From the sequence record OQ718158.1: 64,000 bases of DNA; one strand, written 5' to 3'. A program made the position numbers and the translations under genes. This document shows positions 48,305 to 56,962 of this stretch, in pieces. Positions within the stretch are counted from its first letter, which is position 1, and each line of letters opens with the position of its first letter. The notes beneath the pieces were generated by a model. The model was given only the letters and a program-made list of their open reading frames with translations, was not told the DNA's origin and ran no database searches.

Positions 48305-48615
48305 AATACGCTTTAGTATTTGCAATTTCTTTTCTATTAATTAGTGGTTGTGCTGAAGAAATTAAGTATCAACCTAAACCAATTGTAGAACAAGAAATCT
48401 TACTTGAACGTTGTGACGAAAATACACCACTACCAAGTAAAATCATGGTCGATAAAAACGGGTTCAGAGGATATGATGGTGCTGAAATTCTTGCAGTACT
48501 CGTAAAATGGGATGCAATGTACAATGACTGTGCACTAAAACATGATGCATTAATTAAAACTATTCGTGATTTACAAAATCAAGATGTTAAGGTTAAAATT
48601 AAATCCGAGGATTAA
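48301..48615 (+). CDS. o-spanin (Rz1-like lipoprotein)
   Basis: Lipobox LISGC; LLERC...LP, YNDCALKHDAL. Confidence 0.8.
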   Translation: MKYALVFAISFLLISGCAEEIKYQPKPIVEQEILLERCDENTPLPSKIMVDKNGFRGYDGAEILAVLVKWDAMYNDCALKHDALIKTIRDLQNQDVKVKIKSED

Positions 48616-48617
48616 AA

Positions 48618-49229
48618 ATGTCAAAATATCAGGTCTACTATGTTGCCAAACTATCACTTCTTGATGAGTTAAATCAAAGAAGTACACAGATGAAACGCTA
48701 TACATATAACGGTGTTACTTTCCGATACTTCCCACAAAAAGTACTTACATTCGTTAAGAATTGTAAATGCGTTGCGTGTGGTATTGAAGCTACTGAAGTT
48801 CGCATTGAGCGTTCACATAGCACTGATCCGGTATATGGTAAACCTCACTTAAATGTCTATGCAGTTTGTGGTCTATATGAAGTACTGATGACAGTAGATC
48901 ATAACCAACTAGCATCTAAGGGTGGACCTGATTTAGAGTCAAATTACAACACAATGTGTTCACGTTGTAACAGTCTTCGTTCTAATAAAACTGAATCAGT
49001 AGGTGAATTCCTGGAAAAAGTTAAGGGTAGAAATCTACTGGAAGAGCATATGAATGATTTTTTCAATAAAGATAAGAAGAAATCTAAAACTCCTACTCCA
49101 GAAGAATTGGAAGAACGCCGTTTACGTACAGAACTATGGGAAACCGACCATATATGGCATGTTCGTGATTTTGGACGACATATGAAAGCTCTAAAAAAAG
49201 AACAAAAGAAATTGAATAATCACAATTAA
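48618..49229 (+). CDS. HNH endonuclease
   Basis: CVACG; TVDH...SKGG.D...N...MCSRCN..R.N. Confidence 0.82.
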   Translation: MSKYQVYYVAKLSLLDELNQRSTQMKRYTYNGVTFRYFPQKVLTFVKNCKCVACGIEATEVRIERSHSTDPVYGKPHLNVYAVCGLYEVLMTVDHNQLASKGGPDLESNYNTMCSRCNSLRSNKTESVGEFLEKVKGRNLLEEHMNDFFNKDKKKSKTPTPEELEERRLRTELWETDHIWHVRDFGRHMKALKKEQKKLNNHN

Positions 49230-49239
49230 TATGTTATGA

Positions 49240-49272
49240 TAGGGACTTGAGAAATCGAGTCCCTATTTTTTT
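49240..49272 (+). terminator. intrinsic terminator
   Basis: TAGGGACTTGA-gaaa-TCGAGTCCCTA + T-run. Confidence 0.88.
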
Positions 49273-49283
49273 GGAGAAAATAA

Positions 49284-49640
49284 ATGAAATCTAAAATCTT
49301 TTTACCGCAGTTAATGTGGCATCTGGCAGAGTTAGATGAAGATGATGAATATACTGACTATGGTACATGGGATGACAGTACTGAATCATTCAATCCAGAT
49401 GTTAAGTACAAAATCATTAGTAATGAAAGTAAAGGGTATAGACGATGGACAGAAGAATTTGATCTAGTTTTTCTTGACATGAACACGAACAAATATTATC
49501 ATTGTACGTATGAACGAGGTTTAACAGAAGATAGACCAGCAGAACCATTCAGAAATGAAACTGATGGTGTTAAGTGCTATGAAGTTTCTGTTACCAGAGA
49601 AGAAATTATCACTTATCGAACTTTGTGGAAATATTTGTAA
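49284..49640 (+). CDS. hypothetical protein
   Basis: GGAG RBS. Confidence 0.75.
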   Translation: MKSKIFLPQLMWHLAELDEDDEYTDYGTWDDSTESFNPDVKYKIISNESKGYRRWTEEFDLVFLDMNTNKYYHCTYERGLTEDRPAEPFRNETDGVKCYEVSVTREEIITYRTLWKYL

Positions 49641-50038
49641 TGCTAAAAGAATTAGATTTTTCAAACTTAGAAATCATCAGTGCTGTTAAAAATATCTCTG
49701 ACTTTGGAGATGAGAAGTCAGTACTGGTAACTGTTACATTCGTCAAAGAACAGGATAGCTATAGCCATTTAGATGGTATTGAAGAACTAATTCACAAGAC
49801 TAATCTACAAAACGATGGTAAACTCATTAAGCTTCAGGCTTCCTATACGCAAAAATCGTCATTTTTTGTAGACCTAAATAATGTAGTCAAGGTGGTATAC
49901 AATCACCCTGAACACAAATACAGGAACACGACAAGAAACGAGAATGATGCTATAGACTCCAATATCAAAGAGGATGTCGAATTCATCAACACAATTTTTG
50001 ACCGTTGTTCCAAGGATTTGAAAAAGGTATACATGTAA
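49640..50038 (+). CDS. hypothetical protein
   Basis: TAATG overlap, ATG 49640. Confidence 0.7.
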   Translation: MLKELDFSNLEIISAVKNISDFGDEKSVLVTVTFVKEQDSYSHLDGIEELIHKTNLQNDGKLIKLQASYTQKSSFFVDLNNVVKVVYNHPEHKYRNTTRNENDAIDSNIKEDVEFINTIFDRCSKDLKKVYM

Positions 50039-50039
50039 C

Positions 50040-50067
50040 GGGACATAATACATCCTAGTGATATAAT
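50040..50067 (+). promoter_or_regulatory. RGACA-N13-TGATATAAT promoter of candidate ncRNA
   Basis: GGGACA-16 nt-TATAAT with TG. Confidence 0.75.
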
Positions 50068-50356
50068 GTATATTGTAAAATGACAACGGACATTGAAAAA
50101 TGGATAATGAGAACCTACTTCTCTTGAAAATGTAAAGGATAGATGAGCTTTACCGTTGTAGCGAACAGCAAAAGAAACCTGTTAGAGTACTGGCAATCAA
50201 ACAAACACGAGATAAGACCACGAATCACGGCGACACGGCTGTATAAAGAACTCCAATAAGCACACAGAGAGTTCCTAGATAGATGTATAAGGTTCGCACC
50301 TTACGAATTTGCTAAGGGAGTTCAAGGATTGTGGACGCGATTTTACAAGAAAGTTG

Positions 50357-50526
50357 CGTCCAAAATTTGAGAACAGGTACTACTTTGATCGAATAGAGTT
50401 TAGTACTGAGTGCTGTTGATGAAAAGACCAGCGACCGTTGCATATGACTGCGATAGAGAGAAACCGAGCAACCCGCTTTCGCTCTCTAAATTTTGGTACA
50501 GGAAAGATCCGTCCAAAATTTGAGAA
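50357..50526 (+). repeat. 17-nt direct repeat CGTCCAAAATTTGAGAA x2
   Basis: Copies at 50357-50373 and 50510-50526, each the 3' arm of a hairpin. Confidence 0.9.
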
Positions 50527-50562
50527 ATTCGCAATTCGATAATATCCGATGCCATCATCGTC

Positions 50563-50588
50563 AAGAGAGACTTAATTGTCTCTTTTTT
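50563..50588 (+). terminator. intrinsic terminator
   Basis: AAGAGAGAC-ttaatt-GTCTCTTTTTT. Confidence 0.85.
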
Positions 50589-50728
50589 ATTACCTTCATT
50601 CCCCTGCGGGGGGATGAAATAGTCCTCAACAAATCCCGTCAAGCTTTTAAAGTACATTATCATTTTCAGAAGGAACTAGTTTACGAAGTAAACGTAGTGA
50701 CTTCTTGAGTTACGAGAGAACGAAGTGA

Positions 50729-51157
50729 ATGAGTAACACAACGAAAATATCCAATACATCTGAATTAACACAAATGTTATTCAAAGAATATTTTGAGTAT
50801 CAAATCAAAAGCGATCATGATTTGGTTCAGACATATTTGAAGAGAATCAAAGATCCATTAAGTTTAAACAAAGGAACTGAATTTTATAACAGTATTTTAG
50901 ACTTTATTAATTTAGTTCATACAAACAGACCTATTGTAGTTTTCTTCTTTGATAAATCAATTCCTGTAGAAGTTCCTGATAATGTATTTTTTGTTACAGA
51001 AACTGATTTAAGTAATCAAAGTACTGTAAGTAGATTAAGGAATTGCTTACTTATAATTTGTGATTCTTCATTATATAACAATAGAGTACTATGGAATAGA
51101 AGTAAGAGAAATGCAGTTTCAGAAATGAATCCTGAAGTTACCTTTATTATTAACTAA
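50729..51157 (+). CDS. hypothetical protein
   Basis: 142-aa ORF. Confidence 0.65.
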   Translation: MSNTTKISNTSELTQMLFKEYFEYQIKSDHDLVQTYLKRIKDPLSLNKGTEFYNSILDFINLVHTNRPIVVFFFDKSIPVEVPDNVFFVTETDLSNQSTVSRLRNCLLIICDSSLYNNRVLWNRSKRNAVSEMNPEVTFIIN

Positions 51158-51160
51158 ATA
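51154..51160 (+). promoter_or_regulatory. candidate late promoter CTAAATA
   Basis: Upstream of Dps-like gene. Confidence 0.45.
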
Positions 51161-51187
51161 CCATAGAATAACTCTAAGGAGAGATTT

Positions 51188-51628
51188 ATGGAAAATATTA
51201 ATGATTTACGACATGTAATGGACTTTATCGGAGATACTGAAGAAGATAGTTCTTATGATGAAGTACTACTTACATTTATTGAGAATAGTTTATTTTTAAG
51301 TGCTGCTGCTCACAACTGGCATTTACAGAGCCATTTCTACACTAAGCACCTACAATTGGATGAACTATACAAAGAGTTACCTGAGTACGTTGATGCATTT
51401 GTAGAGGGTATTATGAACACTCGCGGGGCATTGCAGGTAGGTACTGGTAACAGTTATCGTTTTACCCCTATCGAGGATTGTGTACCAATTCTTGAAGAAT
51501 ATGTTAGTCAATGTAAAGCCATTCATGCTATGCTAGAAGAGGCTGAAGACTATGGTAGTACTAACACGCTAGAAGACATTATGAGTTTTTGTGAAGGAAT
51601 GCTTTACAAACTTAAAGTTTTACAATAA
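51188..51628 (+). CDS. Dps/ferritin-like protein
   Basis: AHNWHLQS...KHLQLDELY..L..YVDAFVE. Confidence 0.8.
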   Translation: MENINDLRHVMDFIGDTEEDSSYDEVLLTFIENSLFLSAAAHNWHLQSHFYTKHLQLDELYKELPEYVDAFVEGIMNTRGALQVGTGNSYRFTPIEDCVPILEEYVSQCKAIHAMLEEAEDYGSTNTLEDIMSFCEGMLYKLKVLQ

Positions 51629-51635
51629 AATATAT

Positions 51636-51665
51636 GGAGAGTCATTGTGACTCTCCTTTTCTTTT
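51636..51665 (+). terminator. intrinsic terminator
   Basis: GGAGAGTCA-ttg-TGACTCTCC + T-run. Confidence 0.88.
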
Positions 51666-51674
51666 GGAGAATAT

Positions 51675-52028
51675 ATGAGTGATTACCGCGTAACATCTGG
51701 ACTAATGGCACGTCTTATTGAAGCAGTTCCTGAAGATGATTATGAAGCTATTTCAGATCGTCTTTTTGACGCAGATTCTAAACTCCATATTACATATGAT
51801 GGTGCATTGATTTACAGTACTGATATTGATATGTCTAGTTATGAATTTGATATTTCTTTTGGTAACAAACTAACTACTGAAGAATTCGCTCGAAAATGTG
51901 AGCGTGAAGGGTTGTGTATTGATATTAGTTCAGTTCAGCCATATACATCACTGTGGTATGATGGTGCTGATAGTCCAATGTCTACTACATCTTTACAGGA
52001 TTTTCTAAATGCAAATCAAAAAGATTAA
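51675..52028 (+). CDS. hypothetical protein
   Basis: GGAG RBS. Confidence 0.75.
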   Translation: MSDYRVTSGLMARLIEAVPEDDYEAISDRLFDADSKLHITYDGALIYSTDIDMSSYEFDISFGNKLTTEEFARKCEREGLCIDISSVQPYTSLWYDGADSPMSTTSLQDFLNANQKD

Positions 52029-52401
52029 ATTCCACCAGCATTGTTCTATACATGAATGTGATGATTGTGGTATGAACATGAGTGACATTTATACAGTTTC
52101 CTGTAAAGGATTCAAATTCACTCACGGTGAACCTGCATATTGTTATGGCACAGAAGAAGGTGATATCGAAGTAGTTCTGAAAGAATTGTTCCAGTACTTG
52201 CAAAGTGCTGGTCATGATGTTACAATGCCCACATATTACGAAGATGATTATGACTCACATGTAGAAGAAAATACATATTATAATCAATTCGTTCATGGTA
52301 ATGGCTTTATCACATACCTTCATGAGAATGGTATTGAGGTAAAAACTAAGTACACTAGTGATGATTACGAAAGTGATGACTCTATGGAGATTGAAGATTG
52401 A
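52009..52401 (+). CDS. acidic hypothetical protein
   Basis: CDDCG near N-terminus. Confidence 0.7.
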   Translation: MQIKKIKFHQHCSIHECDDCGMNMSDIYTVSCKGFKFTHGEPAYCYGTEEGDIEVVLKELFQYLQSAGHDVTMPTYYEDDYDSHVEENTYYNQFVHGNGFITYLHENGIEVKTKYTSDDYESDDSMEIED

Positions 52402-52985
52402 AAGCAAAAGACCTAGCAGCACTGTTGATGCAGAACCCTGAAATGGAAGTGTATCATGAGCACATGCATATTGATGATATGTGTGAATCGTACTATTCAC
52501 CAGAAAATGTGTCTGGGATTGAAATCACACCAAGTGGTGTATTCATCAGTACTGAACGTATTGATTACAATTCCCAGCAAGAAATCAAAACTCCACATAA
52601 TAAACCTCGCATTGGTGCTATTGAACTTGTATTTCAACAGGATCGTCTGGTTGAGTACAACGAAGACGATGGTACTACCAGAACTGATGTTGAGAATGTT
52701 GTTTTTCCTTTTTATAACGCCTATGATGACCCAACAACAGGTGAAGACTTCTTCCGTGAGTTATCAGAGGATGGTTATGTTTATGGTGAAAATGGAACTA
52801 TTTTTGTACTGGACCCTAATTATGAGCCAGATCACAACACTTGGCAATTCTATACACCTCAAGATGTAATGGAAGTTAAAGTACTTACAGATCTTGACGA
52901 TAATTGGAACCCAGTATATACTTCAATGACATTTGAAGAAGCAAAAAACCATTTCGTTTCTAAACTAAACATTACAAAAGAATAA
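52398..52985 (+). CDS. acidic hypothetical protein
   Basis: TTGA overlap; MKAKDLAALL. Confidence 0.7.
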   Translation: MKAKDLAALLMQNPEMEVYHEHMHIDDMCESYYSPENVSGIEITPSGVFISTERIDYNSQQEIKTPHNKPRIGAIELVFQQDRLVEYNEDDGTTRTDVENVVFPFYNAYDDPTTGEDFFRELSEDGYVYGENGTIFVLDPNYEPDHNTWQFYTPQDVMEVKVLTDLDDNWNPVYTSMTFEEAKNHFVSKLNITKE

Positions 52986-52989
52986 GGAT

Positions 52990-53280
52990 TTGAAATTTAT
53001 GAAAATTGTCGCAAGTGCATGGATGAAACTTACTGATGGTACTACTGCTTTTGAAGAGTATGGCTTTGTTGAAAGTGTAGAAGAATTAAAGCGTTTCAAA
53101 AGTGAAAATGATGATGATGTATTTGACATTGTATTCACCTATCACCATATTCCAAATGATACAGATTATGAACATTATTATTACAATCAAGATCTGTTGG
53201 AAAATCTAGTGTGCGACAATCAACATGAAATTGATGAAAACACTGCTCTACTAATGCTGAGTACCGTATCTCCGGTATAA
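52990..53280 (+). CDS. hypothetical protein
   Basis: AAGGA RBS. Confidence 0.65.
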   Translation: MKFMKIVASAWMKLTDGTTAFEEYGFVESVEELKRFKSENDDDVFDIVFTYHHIPNDTDYEHYYYNQDLLENLVCDNQHEIDENTALLMLSTVSPV

Positions 53281-53288
53281 GGAGTTAT

Positions 53289-53768
53289 ATGTATAACCTT
53301 ACAATTATCCGCGAACCAAATGAATATGACGGTAATACAACCTATGGTGAAGTTTTGGTATTTCAAAGTACTGAACAAAGTGGTATTGAACATAAATTAA
53401 AAGATTATTTACGTGATCATTTATATCTGCACCGTACTGATGCAAATTGTAATTATGGTGATATAATGTTTATTGTAACGCACAATGGTGCGGTAATTGA
53501 ACATATGAACATGACAAATGTAATGGATTTTTATAATTACACTGATACTTCTTTTCCATTGGATAACTATTTCAGTACTGTTTTTGATGCGTTACGTAAG
53601 AACGTTGCTAAAAATGATAGATTCTGTACTAATTTTAGATTATTAGAAACAAATACAAGAAAGAATCTTTCTAAGAAGTATGATGAAGAACATAAGAAAA
53701 ATCAGGAAATTCAACGTTTACATGAGTTAATGAAGAAATATCCCAACGAGGTCAAATATGGCTCTTAG
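53289..53768 (+). CDS. hypothetical protein
   Basis: AAGGAG RBS. Confidence 0.75.
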   Translation: MYNLTIIREPNEYDGNTTYGEVLVFQSTEQSGIEHKLKDYLRDHLYLHRTDANCNYGDIMFIVTHNGAVIEHMNMTNVMDFYNYTDTSFPLDNYFSTVFDALRKNVAKNDRFCTNFRLLETNTRKNLSKKYDEEHKKNQEIQRLHELMKKYPNEVKYGS

Positions 53769-54096
53769 AGGACAAACTCAATATAAGTGTATTGAAGAAA
53801 TCAGAAAGAAAGATGGAACACTTTTTGACAGGAAATTAAAACAAGAATATAAAGACCTAAGAGATGTTATCCGAAATGAAAGTTTCGGTGGGAAGCGTAG
53901 GCAGAAGATTTATGAATTTCTGAAGAATGGTGTAGAAATTCAAGTCAATGGTCTTCATTGTGTACAAACCAAAAACGATCCAGATATTTTACGTCTTTTA
54001 AAAGAGGGTAAAATAGAAATGTTCAATATCCCAATTTCATCCTATGGTAATAGATTAAAATGTAAGCACACGTACTTAAGGATTAAAAATGGGTAA
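53758..54096 (+). CDS. basic hypothetical protein
   Basis: GAGG RBS. Confidence 0.7.
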   Translation: MALRGQTQYKCIEEIRKKDGTLFDRKLKQEYKDLRDVIRNESFGGKRRQKIYEFLKNGVEIQVNGLHCVQTKNDPDILRLLKEGKIEMFNIPISSYGNRLKCKHTYLRIKNG

Positions 54097-54673
54097 ATTA
54101 GTATATTACTATGGTAGTATGTCTAGTGGTAAAAGTACTCATCTTTTACAAAAAGCATATAACCATAAGAAAAATGGAATGAAGGTAATTTACTTAACCA
54201 GTGCACTTGATGATCGTTATGGAACAGGAAAGATTACTTCAAGAATTGGCATCGAAGCTGAGGCTGAAGTAATTCCAAAAAATGACATTAGTGTTCTTCT
54301 TAAAGTTAAAGAAACACTCAAAAATGACGTTGACATTAACAGTATCTATGTTGATGAATGTCAATTTTTAAACAGAGAACAAATTGACCATTTAGCTGAT
54401 ATAGCAGATAATTATGGTGTTGATGTTTCCTGTTATGGAATCCGAACAGATTTTGAATCCAATCTTTTTGAAGGTTCACAAAGACTGTTCGAAATAGCTG
54501 ATGACATACATGAACTTAAGAACGTGTGTGAGAATCAGAAGTGTGGCAAAGAAGCCACTATGAATGCCCGTATAGTTGAAAGTACTGATAAAGTCTTTAT
54601 TGGTGGTGATGAATCATACAAGAGTCTATGCAGAACTTGCTATATGGATTATATGAGGAATAAAAATGGTTGA
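54089..54673 (+). CDS. tk: thymidine kinase
   Basis: GSMSSGKST, VDECQF, YGIRTDF, FEGS, C..CG...IGG..SY.SLCRTC. Confidence 0.95.
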   Translation: MGKLVYYYGSMSSGKSTHLLQKAYNHKKNGMKVIYLTSALDDRYGTGKITSRIGIEAEAEVIPKNDISVLLKVKETLKNDVDINSIYVDECQFLNREQIDHLADIADNYGVDVSCYGIRTDFESNLFEGSQRLFEIADDIHELKNVCENQKCGKEATMNARIVESTDKVFIGGDESYKSLCRTCYMDYMRNKNG

Positions 54674-54890
54674 TTCATTTATGAAACGCGTTTTGAATGA
54701 TGTACTATCTGGATTTAAAAAAGCGACTAGTCTTATTTTTAGTTCAGTAGTGATGGTTATTACCGTAATGGCATTTGCACTTGTACTGCATTTTGTACCA
54801 TTCTGGTTAGTATTCATTGTACTCATTGTTCTTCTAGGTACGCATGTTTATTATGTTTACCGTGAAGCTTTGGATGATGATAACGTTTAA
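54666..54890 (+). CDS. small membrane protein
   Basis: Two hydrophobic helices. Confidence 0.7.
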   Translation: MVDSFMKRVLNDVLSGFKKATSLIFSSVVMVITVMAFALVLHFVPFWLVFIVLIVLLGTHVYYVYREALDDDNV

Positions 54891-54898
54891 AAGTATTT

Positions 54899-54922
54899 GA
54901 CCTCACTATGTGGGGTCTTTTT
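54899..54922 (+). terminator. intrinsic terminator
   Basis: GACCTCAC-tat-GTGGGGTC + T-run. Confidence 0.8.
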
Positions 54923-54933
54923 AAGGTATCTAT

Positions 54934-55377
54934 ATGCATAACGAAACTGAAGTCTTCAAACGTTTCATTGATATTTGTTTACACACGAATTTGGTATATT
55001 TGGGTCCAGGAGCAAACTTCAGAACTTTATCTTCAATTTTAGGATACACTGAACCATCATGCTTATATTGCGATGGGAACATGATCCATCTCACTGATGG
55101 TGATTTTAATGTTCAGTACATTTATCAATGTGATATGTATGTATTCAATACACCAGAATATAATATTATTATTGAAGAACGTACTAAAGATAATTACCCA
55201 ACCCAATATGTAAGTTGGGATAGAACAGATTGCGTATATGCCACTGGTCCAGTACAGAAACCTATGAACTATCCTACTATTCATTTGAATGTTATCCATG
55301 ATGAATTGAAAGATTACTGTAACAGTATTTCAGATTCGGAAACAAAATACTTTCCTATTATATTTTTTAAGGTTTGA
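54934..55377 (+). CDS. hypothetical protein
   Basis: AAGG RBS. Confidence 0.65.
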   Translation: MHNETEVFKRFIDICLHTNLVYLGPGANFRTLSSILGYTEPSCLYCDGNMIHLTDGDFNVQYIYQCDMYVFNTPEYNIIIEERTKDNYPTQYVSWDRTDCVYATGPVQKPMNYPTIHLNVIHDELKDYCNSISDSETKYFPIIFFKV

Positions 55378-55769
55378 TTATGAGATGGCGTAAACGACAT
55401 GTAACAAGATTTGATAAAATAATCAAAAAATATTTCTCACATAAGTTAGATCCAATCATACTTCAACTAAGAAGTAGTATGTTTGATAGACGTTTCCCAC
55501 AGTGTTTAGAATCGTACAGTCGTAAACGTTACAAGAATGAATACCTGGTATATCGTTATGATTTATCAGAATTCTTTTTGAATACTCGTGTATCTGTACC
55601 CATCAGACTGTACTCAAGGGTAAAACGCAGTAGGGTTCAAGATATCACTTATGGTTATCTTATGCTTGAGATTAATGAACTCAATGAAAAAACAGGTAGA
55701 AATTTCAGTACTTTATGTCTGGAAAACAATGATACCATAAAAAGAATTATAGAAGATTTGGGCAAGTAG
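55374..55769 (+). CDS. basic hypothetical protein
   Basis: TTGA overlap. Confidence 0.6.
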   Translation: MIMRWRKRHVTRFDKIIKKYFSHKLDPIILQLRSSMFDRRFPQCLESYSRKRYKNEYLVYRYDLSEFFLNTRVSVPIRLYSRVKRSRVQDITYGYLMLEINELNEKTGRNFSTLCLENNDTIKRIIEDLGK

Positions 55770-55786
55770 GATTTTTTATGCTATAA

Positions 55787-56143
55787 TTGGAGATGAGTAT
55801 GAAATACATCGACAAAGGTACAGTTGAAACACAGTACTGGAATATTCATATTGCTGGTGATATCCAAACAGCAAGAGAGTACACAAGAAAGTTTGCATTC
55901 AAGCTTGGATTTTGTGTACAATTGATTCCGTGTGAATACATCTACACGGGTGGTCTTGAAAGTGGAATGTGTGCTCGTATTATTCAGTACCCACGCTTTC
56001 CAAAAGAAGAAGTATATCTCAACCGAGATGTATTAAACTATGCTAAGGGTTTAGCTGAAGAGTTGTGTCAAAAGAGTTTTACTATTGAGCGAAACAATGA
56101 TACAATCTATTATGAAAGTGCCGACCCTTTACACAAGAAATGA
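55787..56143 (+). CDS. conserved phage hypothetical protein
   Basis: GDI...CV...YIYTGG.E.G...I.YPRFP. Confidence 0.75.
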   Translation: MEMSMKYIDKGTVETQYWNIHIAGDIQTAREYTRKFAFKLGFCVQLIPCEYIYTGGLESGMCARIIQYPRFPKEEVYLNRDVLNYAKGLAEELCQKSFTIERNNDTIYYESADPLHKK

Positions 56144-56154
56144 AAGGAAAATAT

Positions 56155-56286
56155 ATGAATGGACTAAAAAAGTTTGGTAAAGATTTTCTAAAGTGCATCC
56201 GTTATACATACGATGCTAACCCTGAAATGACCGCCATTGTGGGTGTGTTTATTACACTCGTTGTATTAAGCTTTATTGTGGTGTAA
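56155..56286 (+). CDS. 43-aa membrane peptide (not in track)
   Basis: AAGGA RBS; C-terminal TM. Confidence 0.5.
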   Translation: MNGLKKFGKDFLKCIRYTYDANPEMTAIVGVFITLVVLSFIVV

Positions 56287-56289
56287 AAT

Positions 56290-56493
56290 ATGATTGAAAT
56301 TAATGCTGATGTTTATTGTAGTGCATCACCAAACTACTTCATTTATGCACTAAGTACATTTGGTGAAACTGAAGGTGAAACTTTTGTTTTAGTAGATAAT
56401 ACTACATGGTACAAAACAAGTAATAAAATTCCGAAAGATGTTTTAGAAACTTATGTTCGTATTGAAAATAAAAACATATATGTAAATTTATAG
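56290..56493 (+). CDS. hypothetical protein
   Basis: ORF in + run. Confidence 0.6.
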   Translation: MIEINADVYCSASPNYFIYALSTFGETEGETFVLVDNTTWYKTSNKIPKDVLETYVRIENKNIYVNL

Positions 56494-56500
56494 GTAAAAT

Positions 56501-56911
56501 ATGATTGAAATGGAAGGAACTCTGGTGTATGATCCAGATCGTGGCACTATGAAAAAGAAGAAGGACTTCTGGTTAGTACTGCAACTTCCATTACAGTTGG
56601 TTCGATACTACCAGTACTTCATCAGAACTGACTTACATATTGATATTAAAGACCCACAATGGGGAGCACATGTCAGTATCGTTCGTGGTGAAGTGCCACC
56701 AAATCCAGAGTACTGGAAAAAGTACGATGGTATGAAAGTTAAGATTAAGTTCGAACCTTTCATCGAAGAAGTAAAAGACAATAAGAAACCTGGGTCATTC
56801 TTTATCATAGAGTTTGAAGATGATTTCATTGCACAAATTCGTGATGAACTTGGTTTAGCATCTAAATATTTCAAATATCACATCACCATTGGTAGAACAT
56901 ACTACGATTAA
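56501..56911 (+). CDS. 2H phosphoesterase-like protein
   Basis: Two H-x-(S/T)-hydrophobic motifs: GAHVSIV and KYHITIG. Confidence 0.72.
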   Translation: MIEMEGTLVYDPDRGTMKKKKDFWLVLQLPLQLVRYYQYFIRTDLHIDIKDPQWGAHVSIVRGEVPPNPEYWKKYDGMKVKIKFEPFIEEVKDNKKPGSFFIIEFEDDFIAQIRDELGLASKYFKYHITIGRTYYD

Positions 56912-56934
56912 TGTGGTTATTTGGTAAATAGGTC

Positions 56935-56962
56935 TTGATATAACTAAAAAGTATGCTATACT
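56935..56962 (+). promoter_or_regulatory. sigma70-type promoter
   Basis: TTGATA-16 nt-TATACT with TG extension. Confidence 0.65.

Larger units (their letters stand above)
50075..50588 (+). ncRNA. candidate large structured non-coding RNA (~510 nt), family unknown
   Basis: Promoter-to-terminator unit, no + ORF over 40 aa inside, several nested 6-9 bp helices, 17-nt direct repeat. Confidence 0.6.

Noticed and set aside
50087-50505. CsrB-like CsrA sponge
   Set aside because: Only a few GGA motifs, mostly not in hairpin loops.
50357-50526. CRISPR mini-array
   Set aside because: Only two 17-nt copies with a 136-nt gap and no cas genes.
50075-50630. Group I intron, tmRNA or RNase P identity for the candidate ncRNA
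   Set aside because: P/Q/R/S-like words (AAATTCGC 50525, ATAGTCC 50619, GACTG 50446) are out of order and split by a terminator, and no gene is interrupted. There are no tRNA-like GGGGC/CCA ends, and GGAAAG lies near the 3' end rather than the 5' end.
50400-50708. Track ORFs 50400-50663 (-) and 50493-50708 (+)
   Set aside because: No RBS, they run through hairpins and a terminator, and the composition is not protein-like.
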